Assembly (NCBI GenBank): GCA_964638035.1
Contig: CAZWXD010000004.1
Coordinates: 17,239 to 81,238, forward strand
Reading direction: 5' to 3'
DNA length: 64,000 bases
Source of the DNA: an uncultured Gemmatimonadaceae bacterium
GTDB taxonomy: Bacteria; Gemmatimonadota; Gemmatimonadetes; Gemmatimonadales; GWC2-71-9
The notes under the pieces are model-generated. The model had not been told where the DNA came from. It searched no databases and saw only the letters and a list, made by a program, of their open reading frames with translations. This document shows, in pieces, positions 27,036 to 36,269 of this stretch (positions within the stretch are counted from its first letter, which is position 1; every line of letters starts with the position of its first letter). Made by a program: the position numbers and the translations under genes.

Positions 27036-28444
27036 TGGAAGAGCGTCACGGCGTATACGTCCCAGTCGAAGCGAAGCTTCTCCTGCCGGTTCGCTGCGCG
27101 GCAGTGGCGGCGCAGCCAGGCGGTTCGGCTGCCATCGGCGTCCAGTACGGTGCCATACCGCCGCTCCGACGTCACCACCCAGAAGCGCGGCGTCGTGGCA
27201 GCCAGCGAATCGAGCGTGGCGCTGGTGGTCGTCGCGCGCATCTCGACGGCGTGGAGGTCGGGTGCATACCAGGTGGCGGCGATGAGCGGCCAGATCACCA
27301 CCGTGCCCGCGGGATCCTCCCGCACCACCTGTGCAAGGGCGGGGCGGTAGTCGAACCGCGTGCCATCACGCAGGTGCGAGATGGTGCTGGGGAGCAGGGA
27401 GGCGCCGAGCACCAGCGAAATGGCGAGTGCAGCACGACGCTGCCGGGCCGCGTCGCTCCCGGCCAGCCCGGGCACCAGTGCGCCGAGCGCCGCGAAGGCG
27501 AGGGGGAAGGCCCCGAACAGGTACAGGATCGACACCGGCACCTGGTTGGCCAGCCGGCCCACGATGAGCACGAGTCCCGCCACCCCCATGCCTGCGGCTA
27601 TCATTGCGGCGGCACGCCGGGGCGTGACGGTGTGCGCGCGCCAGAGGCACGCGAGGCCCACCGCCACCGCGAGGGCGACGGCTGGCGTCAGCGCCACGAC
27701 CACCGCCGGGAAGAGGCGGAGGGCCGACCCGGCCGACTCGCCCACGAGCCGTTCCATCGGGAAGAGCAGCGCCAGCACGCCCAGCACGGCGGCCATGGTG
27801 CCCAGGTAGGGAAGCCAGAGCCGGCGCCACGCCATGGCCGACGGCCAGCGGAAGCCGAAGGTGCCGTCGCCGCGCACCAGGTGGGCGCCAAGGACCATGC
27901 TGCCGGCCAGGACCATGAAGGTCGGGTGGGTGAGCGAGGCCAGGAGGAGCCAGGCGAGCGCCCAGGTATAGGCGCGGGCGTCCTCCAGCTCCATGGCGCG
28001 GAGCAGGGCCCCGATGAAGAGCGCGCCGAGCAGGAACACGAGCGACCAGTAGCGAATGCTCTGGGACTCGTTGATGTGGAGCGGGAAGATCACGAGCAGC
28101 ACGGTGGCGGTCATGGCTGCCCACCGGCCGGCGAGCTGCCAGGTGAGTCGCCACGTGGCCGCGATGCCGAGCAGGCCGAACAGCAGCGATGGCAGCCGCA
28201 GCAGCACGGCGGAGCGGGGGAACGCCTCGGCCAGGGGATGCAGCATCAGGAAGTACAGCTGGCGCAGCTCCATGCCGCCGGGGCCAATCGGCGAGGCGTA
28301 AAGTTCACGGGCCTCGTGAATGCTGTACATCTCGTCCTGCCAGAGGTCGAACTGCCAGAGGCCGGGAACGCGAAGTGCCGCGGCCAGCAGGATGAGCAGG
28401 CCCAGGATGAGGTAGTCGCGCCGGCGGGGAGTATCGGTCGTCAC
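27014..28444 (-). CDS. GT-C fold membrane glycosyltransferase (ArnT/PMT, GT39/GT83-like).
   Basis: Track ORF of 476 aa. YLILGLLILLAAALRVPGLWQFDLWQDEMYS (TM1 followed by an acidic loop), many further TM segments and a soluble C-terminal domain. Confidence 0.65.
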   Translation of the reverse strand: MTTDTPRRRDYLILGLLILLAAALRVPGLWQFDLWQDEMYSIHEARELYASPIGPGGMELRQLYFLMLHPLAEAFPRSAVLLRLPSLLFGLLGIAATWRLTWQLAGRWAAMTATVLLVIFPLHINESQSIRYWSLVFLLGALFIGALLRAMELEDARAYTWALAWLLLASLTHPTFMVLAGSMVLGAHLVRGDGTFGFRWPSAMAWRRLWLPYLGTMAAVLGVLALLFPMERLVGESAGSALRLFPAVVVALTPAVALAVAVGLACLWRAHTVTPRRAAAMIAAGMGVAGLVLIVGRLANQVPVSILYLFGAFPLAFAALGALVPGLAGSDAARQRRAALAISLVLGASLLPSTISHLRDGTRFDYRPALAQVVREDPAGTVVIWPLIAATWYAPDLHAVEMRATTTSATLDSLAATTPRFWVVTSERRYGTVLDADGSRTAWLRRHCRAANRQEKLRFDWDVYAVTLFQCEGARS

Positions 28445-28473
28445 GTGGACACCGGGAGCGCATTGTACGTGCC

Positions 28474-29604
28474 ATGAACGTCGCCAAGCAGCGGTTCCTC
28501 GCCATCGATGCCCTGCGGGGGCTTGCCGCCCTCGCGGTCGTCTTCTTCCATGTGCAGGGCGCGCTCGATCGGGGGCCCCAGCCCTGGATGCCGGTATGGC
28601 TGGCGGAGTTGGCTCGCGGGGGCCACTTCGGCGTCAACGTGTTCTTCGTCCTGAGCGGCTTCGTGATCGCGTACTCGGTGCGTGACGGCCTCATGTCGCC
28701 GGGGTACTTCGGGCGTTTTGCCTTGCGCCGGTCGATCCGGCTCGACCCGCCCTACTGGTCCGCCATCGCGCTCGAGCTGGTCCTCATCTTCGCGGGCCTG
28801 GCCCTCTTCCCGGGACTGGGTACGCCAACGCCGAGCCTGCCGCAGGTCCTTGCCCACCTCGTGTACCTGCAGGACATCCTCGGCTATCCGCACCTCGTCT
28901 ACAGCTTCTGGACACTGTGCTACGAGTTCCAGTTTTACCTGCTCTTCGTGGGCCTGCTGGTCCTTGGCCGCCAGCTCCAGGCGCGCGCCGGCCTGCCCGC
29001 GGTTCGGCTGGCTGGCGTGCTGGTGTTCGGTGCCCTGTTCGCGTGGTCGGTGCTGGTTCACCAGGGGGTACTCCCCAACATCCACCGCGGAATCGCCCTG
29101 GACCGCTGGCACGAGTTCTTCATTGGCGTGCTGGCCTGGTGGGTGGTGGCCGGCCGGGTGCGCTTCCCCGTGCTGCTGGTGGCGTGGGTTGCCACGGCGG
29201 TCCTGGCGCGCCGCCCCGACACTGCCATCGGCACCACCATCGTGGTGCTGGTGAGCCTGCTCTGCATGCGGAGTGCAACGGTGCCTGCCCTGAACCGGCC
29301 CTTCGCGGCAGGTCCGCTGCGCTGGCTTGGCCTCATCTCGTACAGCCTGTACCTCTTCCACGCGTCCATCGGATGGCGCGTGATCTCGCTGGCGCAGCAT
29401 CGCGCCGGCAGCATGACGCTGTCGCCGCTGGTGGGCTGGCTCGCATGGGGACTGGCCATCGCCGGCGCCCTGGCGGTGGCGGTAGTGGGATGGTGGGCCA
29501 TCGAGCGCCCGTCGCTCGGCTGGTCGCGGCGTATTGCCTTGCCCACGCGGACAGGCCCGGTACAGGGGGAGGCTACCGCAGCGGCCGAAGCGGCGGCTCG
29601 GTAA
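28474..29604 (+). CDS. Acyltransferase family 3 (OafA-like) membrane O-acyltransferase.
   Basis: Track ORF of 376 aa: [43 protein letters not shown]. Confidence 0.85.
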   Translation: MNVAKQRFLAIDALRGLAALAVVFFHVQGALDRGPQPWMPVWLAELARGGHFGVNVFFVLSGFVIAYSVRDGLMSPGYFGRFALRRSIRLDPPYWSAIALELVLIFAGLALFPGLGTPTPSLPQVLAHLVYLQDILGYPHLVYSFWTLCYEFQFYLLFVGLLVLGRQLQARAGLPAVRLAGVLVFGALFAWSVLVHQGVLPNIHRGIALDRWHEFFIGVLAWWVVAGRVRFPVLLVAWVATAVLARRPDTAIGTTIVVLVSLLCMRSATVPALNRPFAAGPLRWLGLISYSLYLFHASIGWRVISLAQHRAGSMTLSPLVGWLAWGLAIAGALAVAVVGWWAIERPSLGWSRRIALPTRTGPVQGEATAAAEAAAR

Positions 29605-30226
29605 CCGCCTGCACCGAGTCCAGCGTCTCGCCGGGCGACAATTCCACCAGGGTGAGGCCGTCTGGGCCGACGTCGATCACAGCTCGCTCGGTGATGATCC
29701 GGTCGACACACCCGCGCCCGGTGAGGGGCAGGGTGCACTTCTCCAGGATCTTGGGGCTGCCATCGCGCGCGCAGTGCTCCATGACCACGATGACCCGCCC
29801 GGCGCCGGCCACGAGGTCCATCGCGCCGCCCATGCCCTTCACCATCTTGCCGGGCACCATCCAGTTGGCGAGGTCGCCCGTACCCGACACCTGCAGCGCG
29901 CCCAAAATGGTGAGCGGCACGTGCCCGCCCCGGATCATGGCGAAGCTGGTGGCGCTGTCGAAGTAGCAGCACCCCGGTGTCTCGGTGATCGTCTCCTTGC
30001 CTGCATTGATGAGGTCGGGGTCTTCCTCGCCGGCGAACGGATAGGGACCCACACCCAGCATCCCGTTCTCCGATTGCAGCACCACCGGGATGCCCGGCGG
30101 CACATGGTTGGCCACGAGCGTCGGGATCCCGATGCCCAGGTTCACGTAGTAGCCGGTGGTGGCGGTCAGGGAACGCAGTTCCTGGGCTGCACGCCGCGCA
30201 ATCACGCCCCGCACGTCGGTGCTCAT
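29573..30226 (-). CDS. scoB: 3-oxoacid CoA-transferase, subunit B.
   Basis: Track ORF of 217 aa: [33 protein letters not shown]. Confidence 0.9.
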   Translation of the reverse strand: MSTDVRGVIARRAAQELRSLTATTGYYVNLGIGIPTLVANHVPPGIPVVLQSENGMLGVGPYPFAGEEDPDLINAGKETITETPGCCYFDSATSFAMIRGGHVPLTILGALQVSGTGDLANWMVPGKMVKGMGGAMDLVAGAGRVIVVMEHCARDGSPKILEKCTLPLTGRGCVDRIITERAVIDVGPDGLTLVELSPGETLDSVQAVTEPPLRPLR

Positions 30227-30918
30227 CGCGACCTCACGGTCCGGCGTTCAATGCGCTTCACCAGCGAGGCGCACTTGACGACTCGCTGCACGAAGATGCC
30301 CGGCGTGTGCACCCCCTCGGGGTCGAGTTCGCCCACGGGGACGAGGTGCTCCACCTCGGCCACGGTGATCCGCCCCGCCATGGCGCAGAGTGGGTTGAAG
30401 TTCCGGGCCGTCTTCCGGAAGACCAGGTTGCCCTCCGCGTCACCCTTCCAGGCATGCACCAGCGCAAACTCGCCCGTGATGCCGCGCTCCATCACGTACT
30501 CCCGACCGTTGAAGCTGCGCGTCTCCTTCCCCTTGGCCACCAGGGTTCCGACCCCGGTCGCCGTGTAGAAGGCCGGGATGCCGGCGCCACCCGCACGCAA
30601 CCGCTCGGCCAGCGTGCCCTGCGGCACCAGCTCCACCTCGAGCGTCCCGCCGAGCATCAGCTCCTCGAAGACGTCGTTCTCTCCCACGTAGCTCGCCATC
30701 ACCTTGCGCACCTGGCCGTTCCGCAGCAGGTGCACCAGGCCATGGTCGGTCGTGCCCGCATTGTTGCTCACGATGGTCAGGTTCTTCCGACCCAGGTCGC
30801 GCACCGCCAGGATCAACTCGGCGGGAATCCCACAGAGCCCGAACCCGCCGGCCACGATGGTGGCGCCATCGGGAAGGTCGGCAACGGCCTCGGCCGCGCT
30901 CGCAACCACCTTGGTCAT
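30223..30918 (-). CDS. scoA: 3-oxoacid CoA-transferase, subunit A.
   Basis: Track ORF of 231 aa: [57 protein letters not shown] overlap with subunit B. Confidence 0.9.
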   Translation of the reverse strand: MTKVVASAAEAVADLPDGATIVAGGFGLCGIPAELILAVRDLGRKNLTIVSNNAGTTDHGLVHLLRNGQVRKVMASYVGENDVFEELMLGGTLEVELVPQGTLAERLRAGGAGIPAFYTATGVGTLVAKGKETRSFNGREYVMERGITGEFALVHAWKGDAEGNLVFRKTARNFNPLCAMAGRITVAEVEHLVPVGELDPEGVHTPGIFVQRVVKCASLVKRIERRTVRSR

Positions 30919-30937
30919 CGCATCTCCTGTTGTTCGC

Positions 30938-30982
30938 TCCTGACGTCCTGACGTCCTGACGCCCTGACGTCATGACGTCAGG
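30938..30982 (-). repeat. Tandem 8-nt array, plus-strand units TCCTGACG x3, CCCTGACG, TCATGACG, then TCAGG. Contains a perfect 20-nt palindrome at 30963-30982.
   Basis: Read directly from the sequence. It lies between the HMG-CoA lyase stop (tca at 30970-30972, inside a unit) and the scoA start (30918). The palindrome is CCTGACGTCATGACGTCAGG. Confidence 0.85.
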
Positions 30983-31827
30983 CGCCGTATCGCCTCTCCC
31001 GCCTCCCGCAGGCCCTCCGCCTTCACCCCCGTACGCCCCGGGAAGGCTGCCACCAGCGCTTCTGTCGCCACATTGCCAGGGGCACCGGGTGCATAGGGAC
31101 ACCCGCCGATGCCCCCGGCGCTCCCATCGAAGGTGCGAATGCCCAGTTCGGCGCCCGCGAGCACGTTGGCGACCGCCTGCCCGAAGGTGTCATGGCAATG
31201 CAGCGCCAGCTGGGCAACCGGAACTGCACGCGCCACGACCTCCACCAGCCGCCGAACGTCGTCGGGCGTCGCCCGCCCGATCGTGTCCCCCAGCGAGACC
31301 TCGCTGCAACCCAGGTCAATGAGTTCGAGCGCCACGCGCCGCACGGCCTCGGGCGCCACCGGGCCCTCGAAGGGGCAGGTGAACGCCGTGGAAACGTACC
31401 CACGCACGGGGACGCCCGCTGCCCGCACCACCGGCCGGAACCGTTCGAGTGTCTCGGCGATCGTGGCGTTGGTGTTGGCCCGCGAAAAGCCCTCGCTCGC
31501 CGCAGTGAACACCGCGATGCCGTCCACCCGCGCCGCCTGGGCGCGCTCCAGTCCCTGCCGGTTGGGGACCAGGGCCCAGTAGCGGACCCCGGGCTGGCGC
31601 GTGATGGCCGCGAAGACCGCCTCGGCGTCGGCGAGTTGCGGCACCCAGCGGGGGGAGACGAAGGACGAGACCTCGATGTCGCGGAGGCCGCTGGTGGAGA
31701 GGAGGTTGATGAACGCGACCTTCGCCTCGGTGGGCACCAGGGTCGACACACTCTGCAGCCCGTCTCGCGGGCCCACTTCCATCAACCGGACCGGGTCGTG
31801 GCCAGGGGCGTGCGCGCCGGCGGTCAT
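30970..31827 (-). CDS. Hydroxymethylglutaryl-CoA lyase.
   Basis: Track ORF of 285 aa: EVGPRDGLQS, VSSFVSPRWVPQ, LGDTIG, LHCHDTFGQAVANV, GGIGGCPYAPGAPGNVATE. Confidence 0.9.
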   Translation of the reverse strand: MTAGAHAPGHDPVRLMEVGPRDGLQSVSTLVPTEAKVAFINLLSTSGLRDIEVSSFVSPRWVPQLADAEAVFAAITRQPGVRYWALVPNRQGLERAQAARVDGIAVFTAASEGFSRANTNATIAETLERFRPVVRAAGVPVRGYVSTAFTCPFEGPVAPEAVRRVALELIDLGCSEVSLGDTIGRATPDDVRRLVEVVARAVPVAQLALHCHDTFGQAVANVLAGAELGIRTFDGSAGGIGGCPYAPGAPGNVATEALVAAFPGRTGVKAEGLREAGEAIRRLTS

Positions 31828-32771
31828 GCGGCGAAGGATCCGGCTGCCGACTCACGTTCGCGGCGCAGGACGGCCCAGACCAGGTCGCCAAGACGGTATG
31901 GAACACTCAGGTTCGTGAGACGGGCCAGCCAGGTGCGCCGCGGTGCAGCACCAGTGCCGCCCTTGCCGTCGCGCTCGCGGGGACGGATGCCCAGGGCGTG
32001 GAGGCCATGCTCCAGCCGGATCCACTTGGTTCGTGCGCGGTACTCGATGAGCGTCCAGCAGGGGGATGGGAAGAGCCGGAGCAACGAGCGACGGTTGAGG
32101 TAGATCGGTGTTTCCCTGGGTCGGTACTTGTGCCAGTGCATGCCGGCGAGCCGCACCACCAGCGCGTCCGCGTCCCAGGTCTCCAGTGCAACGATGCCAC
32201 CCGGCGCCACCATGCGGCGCAGTGCCTGCTCCGCGGCGCGAGGGTCCGGCAATTGCTCAAGGACGTTGAACATGGTCACGGCATTGAAGGGCGTGCCTTC
32301 GAGGGCAGGGTGGGGGAAGGCGCCCTGCATCACGTCGAGGTTGAGCCGCTCGCGGGCGTAGCCTGCCGCCCAGGCACTCACGTCAATGCCACGCACCTGC
32401 CAGCCGGCACGGCGGGCTTCGTCGATGAAGAACCCGGTCGCACACCCTACGTCGAGGAGCCGGCCCGCCCGCTGCTGGTGCGCTGCGAGGTCCCGGAGGT
32501 AGTGCGTCGCGCGGGACCGGTGAACCAGCTCGTCCGCCTCGTAGGCCGGGTAGCCTGCGGGATCCCCGTGGAAGTAGTACTCCCCGTAGTGGGCGGGGAG
32601 TTCCTGCTCGCTGGGGGTGTGCTCGGAGTACTGCACCGTGCATTCTTCGCAGCGCATCACCCGAAGGCCGTCCTTGATGCCGACGAGTCGGCTTGCTGTC
32701 GTCGCGCAGACGGGGCATGGCGGCACCGGGGCCGCGGTCGGCAACACCGGCGGTACGGGCGAGTCGCTCAA
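31824..32771 (-). CDS. Class I SAM-dependent methyltransferase with an N-terminal CxxC...CxxC zinc-ribbon.
   Basis: Track ORF 31824..33098. CPVC...CEEC, then LLDVGCATGFF (motif I) and FNAVTMFNVLEQLPDP. The upstream 109 codons are Arg/Pro-rich and overlap the divergent promoter region, so I place the start at the in-frame TTG 32771 (uncertain). Its stop overlaps the HMG-CoA lyase start (ATGA). Confidence 0.75.
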   Translation of the reverse strand: MSDSPVPPVLPTAAPVPPCPVCATTASRLVGIKDGLRVMRCEECTVQYSEHTPSEQELPAHYGEYYFHGDPAGYPAYEADELVHRSRATHYLRDLAAHQQRAGRLLDVGCATGFFIDEARRAGWQVRGIDVSAWAAGYARERLNLDVMQGAFPHPALEGTPFNAVTMFNVLEQLPDPRAAEQALRRMVAPGGIVALETWDADALVVRLAGMHWHKYRPRETPIYLNRRSLLRLFPSPCWTLIEYRARTKWIRLEHGLHALGIRPRERDGKGGTGAAPRRTWLARLTNLSVPYRLGDLVWAVLRRERESAAGSFAA

Positions 32772-33015
32772 CGCTGCATCACCGATGCTGGTATCCCTCT
32801 CGCTGAATGTGCCTGCCGACGCGTGCAAACACGGGGCCCTCGGTCGGAGATGAACAACTTCAACTGGGGTAATGACTTGCAGTCGGTTAACTTGCCGCCT
32901 GACAGGGGCGTTGCGCTGCCGGGTTGCCACACGTCGAGGGCGGCCTCCCCATGGACCCGAAGAGGCAAGTATACCCGTGCGGCGGAGGCCACTCCCATTC
33001 ACTGGCCGTGGAGCT

Positions 33016-33032
33016 TGGCATAACTTCTTGCA
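33016..33032 (+). promoter_or_regulatory. Near-consensus sigma-54-like element with one extra spacer nucleotide, upstream of the GT4/GT2 operon.
   Basis: TGGCATAACTTCTTGCA contains exact TGGCA and TTGCA boxes, but the spacing is GG-N11-GC instead of N10 (counted twice). Confidence 0.3.
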
Positions 33033-33084
33033 ACACAATGACTTGAAGGAGAGGCGGTCGCCGCCTCCCGAATCGCCGCCTTCG

Positions 33085-34170
33085 GTGCTCCAGGTCATCG
33101 CCCCGGCACCCTACGGCGGGGCCGAAACGGCATTGCTTTCGCTCACGCAGGGGCTCCAGGCGGCGCGAGTCCCAGTGGTGCTCGCGGTCATGGCCGACGC
33201 GCGCTCGGGGCCATTCATCGCCCGGGCCAGGGGCTTGGGCGTACCGGTGGAGGTGCTCGATTCGCCGGCGCGCAATTATTTGCGCGACCTGCGCGAGCTG
33301 CGGCGCGTGATACGAACGTATGGCGTGACAGTAGTCCATAGTCACGGTTATCGTGCCGACGTGCTGGGTAGCGTGGCGGCCCGCAGCCTGGGATCCGCTC
33401 ATGTCGCCACTGCGCACGGTTTCACCGGAGGCTCAGCCCGGAACCGGCTCAACCAGGCGGTTGGCCTCTGGGCCCTCCGTCACGCCGACGCCGTGATCGC
33501 GGTCTCTGCGGCGATGGCCGAAACGTTGCAGATTCGGGGTGTTCCGGCGAGCCGTGTGCGCGTGATCCAGAACGCGTGGACCCTCCCGGGCCGGCCGCTG
33601 AGTCAGGCCGCTGCGCGGGCTCGGCTGGCCCTGGGAGACGGACGCTGGATCGGCTGGGTTGGCCGCCTGAGCGGGGAGAAGGGTCCCGACCTGGCGTTGG
33701 GGACACTCGAGGGACTCTCCCGCGTGCAGATGGCTTTTGTTGGTGATGGACCGCTCCGGGCTTCACTGGTTGAGCAGGCTGGGCGGGAGGGTGTCGCATC
33801 ACGTCTTTCATGGCTGGGGGTGGTGCCTGATGTCTGGGAGGTATTGCCTGCGTTCGACCTGCTGCTCCTCAGCTCCCGCACCGAGGGCACGCCCATGATC
33901 GTGTTGGAAGCCATGCTGGCGGGCGTGCCGGTCGTGGCCACGCCCGTGGGTGGCGTGCCGGCCCTCGTCTCCAGGGAGACGGGATGGCTCGCGAGTGAGG
34001 TGTCGTCCGGTGCGATCCGGGAGGCGGTGGCACAGGCGCTGGCCCAGCCCGAGGAGGCGAAGGCCCGGGCCGAGCGGGCCACGGCGATCCACGGGGGCGA
34101 GCGCTTCGGGGAGTACCTCCGCGCGCACCGCAATACTTACGAGGCGGCAGTGGCGGGACGGCGCCGGTGA
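33085..34170 (+). CDS. Family-4 (GT-B) glycosyltransferase.
   Basis: Track ORF 32872..34170. VLQVIAPAPYGGAE is a typical GT4 N-terminus, so GTG 33085 is likely (in-frame TTG 33043 is the alternative). GRLSGEKGPD, LLLSSRTEGTPMIVLEAMLAGVPVVATPVGGVP. Confidence 0.8.
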   Translation: MLQVIAPAPYGGAETALLSLTQGLQAARVPVVLAVMADARSGPFIARARGLGVPVEVLDSPARNYLRDLRELRRVIRTYGVTVVHSHGYRADVLGSVAARSLGSAHVATAHGFTGGSARNRLNQAVGLWALRHADAVIAVSAAMAETLQIRGVPASRVRVIQNAWTLPGRPLSQAAARARLALGDGRWIGWVGRLSGEKGPDLALGTLEGLSRVQMAFVGDGPLRASLVEQAGREGVASRLSWLGVVPDVWEVLPAFDLLLLSSRTEGTPMIVLEAMLAGVPVVATPVGGVPALVSRETGWLASEVSSGAIREAVAQALAQPEEAKARAERATAIHGGERFGEYLRAHRNTYEAAVAGRRR

Positions 34171-35378
34171 ACCTCGACCTCCTGGGCGCGTCGCTCATCG
34201 CCGTGCCTGGCGCCCTCTTCGGGTACGCGCTGGTGGGTTATCCGGCGCTGCTCCGCCTGCTTCCGCGCAAGGGAACCGATCCCGTGTCGTGGGCCGATCC
34301 CGCCGAGTGGCCCAGCATCACCATCCTGGTACCGGCGTACAACGAGGAAGCCTCCATCGCGGCGACGCTGGAGAGCCTCCTCGCCCTGGACTACCCGGCG
34401 CACCGGCGCGAGATCATCGTGATGTCCGATGCCTCCACCGACCGCACGGACGAGATCGCCCTGGACTTCGCGGGGCGGGGCGTTCGCCTGGTGCGGATGC
34501 CTGAGCGTCGTGGCAAGACAGCCGCGGAGAACCACACCGTGCCGCTTGCCACGGGCGAGATCCTCGTCAACACTGACGCGACCATTCGCATCCTGCCGCG
34601 TTCGCTCAAGCCGCTCATCCGCGTCTTCCAGGATCCCACCATCGGGGCGGCGTCCGGGCGCGACATGAGCGTCGGGAGCGTCGATGGCGAGGGCAACGCC
34701 AGCGAGGCGGGCTATGTGGGCTACGAGATGGAGGTGCGCTCCCTCGAGACCCGGCTGGGTGGCATCATCGGCGCCAGCGGCTGCTTCTATGCCATCCGGC
34801 GTGAGCTGGTGGATCCCGCGTTCCCGGTGGCGCTGAGCCGCGACTTTGCCGCGCCGCTGCGCGCCCGGCAGCTGGGCTATCGCACTGTGTCGGTGGACGA
34901 GGCCGTGTGCGTCGTTCCCCGCACCCGCTCCCTGCGTTCGGAGTACCACCGGAAGATCCGGACGATGCTCCGTGGGCTCAACACCCTCTGGTTCAAGCGC
35001 GAGTTGCTGAACCCGGCCCGCTACGGCCGCTTCGCCTTCATGCTGTGGAGCCACAAGGTGGCCCGGTGGCTCGGCTTCCTCACCCTGCCCCTCGCCGGCG
35101 TGGGCATCCTGCTCCTGGCGCAAGTGCACGCCTGGGCGGTGGCCGTGGCCCTCGGGGGAGCGTGCGTGCTGCTCGGCGGCTGGGCGGCCATCCGCTGGCC
35201 CACCCACGTGCCGATGCCGCGGCTCCTCACGGCGATCGGTTACGCCCTGGGCGCTGCGGCGGCGGGCTTCATTGCGTGGGTGCGGTTCTTCCGGGGCACG
35301 CACCTCGCCACCTGGGAACCCACACGGCGCCAGCTGCCAATCGAGGCCAGGCCGAGGCAGCAGGCGGGCGTGGCCTGA
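34167..35378 (+). CDS. Membrane family-2 glycosyltransferase.
   Basis: Track ORF of 403 aa. GTGA overlap with the upstream GT4. SITILVPAYNEE, VMSDASTDRT, LVNTDAT, and C-terminal TM segments. Confidence 0.8.
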   Translation: MNLDLLGASLIAVPGALFGYALVGYPALLRLLPRKGTDPVSWADPAEWPSITILVPAYNEEASIAATLESLLALDYPAHRREIIVMSDASTDRTDEIALDFAGRGVRLVRMPERRGKTAAENHTVPLATGEILVNTDATIRILPRSLKPLIRVFQDPTIGAASGRDMSVGSVDGEGNASEAGYVGYEMEVRSLETRLGGIIGASGCFYAIRRELVDPAFPVALSRDFAAPLRARQLGYRTVSVDEAVCVVPRTRSLRSEYHRKIRTMLRGLNTLWFKRELLNPARYGRFAFMLWSHKVARWLGFLTLPLAGVGILLLAQVHAWAVAVALGGACVLLGGWAAIRWPTHVPMPRLLTAIGYALGAAAAGFIAWVRFFRGTHLATWEPTRRQLPIEARPRQQAGVA

Positions 35379-35412
35379 CCCGCGGGGTGTGGTGCGTGGG
35401 TGGGCACGAAAA

Positions 35413-35444
35413 GAGGCGGCCATCGGGTTACCGGTGGCCGCCTC
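35413..35444. terminator. Bidirectional stem-loop between convergent genes (GT2 and sugar transferase).
   Basis: GAGGCGGCCA (35413-35422) and TGGCCGCCTC (35435-35444) are perfect reverse complements with a 12-nt spacer that can pair further (CGG..CCG). An A-run lies upstream. There is no clear T-run. Confidence 0.55.
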
Positions 35445-35472
35445 AACCTTCGTAGCCCGGCAGGGGCCTCGC

Positions 35473-36267
35473 CTACCAGCCGCCCCTGCGGAACAGGATC
35501 ACCGGCACCGTGCGGAGCATGATCCGCACGTCTTCCATGAGGCCCCGACGCCGGATGTACTCGATATCGTACCCCACCTTCCGGCGCACGTCATCGATGT
35601 TTGTGTCGTACGACTGGTTCACTTGCGCCCAGCCGGTGAGCCCGGGCCGCGCAAGCTGCCGCTTCTGGTAGCCGGGAATCTCCTTCCGCAGCTTGTCGAA
35701 CAGCTCGGGGCGCTCGGGGCGCGGTCCCACGAGGTTCATGTCCCCCCGCAGGATGTTGAAGAGCTGGGGCAACTCGTCCAGCCGGAACTGCCGCAGGATG
35801 CGCCCGATCGGCGTGACCCGGGCATCGTCATTCGAGGCCCAGACGGCGCCCGACTCCTTCTCCGCGTCCACCCGCATCGTCCGGAACTTGTAGATGGTGA
35901 AGGGCAGGCCGCCGACGTCGAAGCCGCGGCGGCTGTCCTTCTTGGGCGCCCGGCTGGCGCGGCGGTCGAGGCCCACACGCGTCTGGGTGTAGATCACCGG
36001 CCCCTTCGACGTGAGGCGGACCAGGGCCGCGATCACCACCATGATGGGCAGCGTCGCGACGATGAGTGCCGATGCCACGATGACGTTCAGGATGCGGCGC
36101 CCAAGCTCCGGGCGCCGGGGATCCAGGTCCGCATGGTCCTGGACCGTCCCGAGGCGGGGCATGGGCCGCGCCTGCGCCGTGTTCGCCGTGACACCGGGCG
36201 GGGTCGGGCGGGAAACTGGCCGTGTGACGCTGTGCCGTTCGATCGGCGTCTGGATAGCAGGCTCCAT
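35473..36267 (-). CDS. Priming polyprenyl-phosphate sugar-phosphate transferase (bacterial sugar transferase family, small monotopic type).
   Basis: Track ORF of 264 aa: KGPVIYTQTRVG, FTIYKFRTM, RLDELPQLFNILRGDMNLVGPRP, PGLTGWAQV. Confidence 0.9.
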   Translation of the reverse strand: MEPAIQTPIERHSVTRPVSRPTPPGVTANTAQARPMPRLGTVQDHADLDPRRPELGRRILNVIVASALIVATLPIMVVIAALVRLTSKGPVIYTQTRVGLDRRASRAPKKDSRRGFDVGGLPFTIYKFRTMRVDAEKESGAVWASNDDARVTPIGRILRQFRLDELPQLFNILRGDMNLVGPRPERPELFDKLRKEIPGYQKRQLARPGLTGWAQVNQSYDTNIDDVRRKVGYDIEYIRRRGLMEDVRIMLRTVPVILFRRGGW

Positions 36268-36269
36268 GG

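Noticed and set aside
20714-29604. Search for an exosortase (XrtA/EpsH) among the multi-pass membrane proteins.
   Set aside because: Each candidate carries motifs of another family (Wzy_C-like SRGG loop, Wzx, GT-C, acyltransferase-3, MBOAT). None shows the compact ~8-TM exosortase pattern with conserved Cys/Arg/His.
33046-33054. AAGGAGAGG as the Shine-Dalgarno of the GT4 gene.
   Set aside because: No ATG/GTG/TTG follows within 5-12 nt in frame. The nearest plausible starts are TTG 33043, which lies before it, and GTG 33085, which is 31 nt after it. It is probably coding or leader sequence rather than the functional SD.
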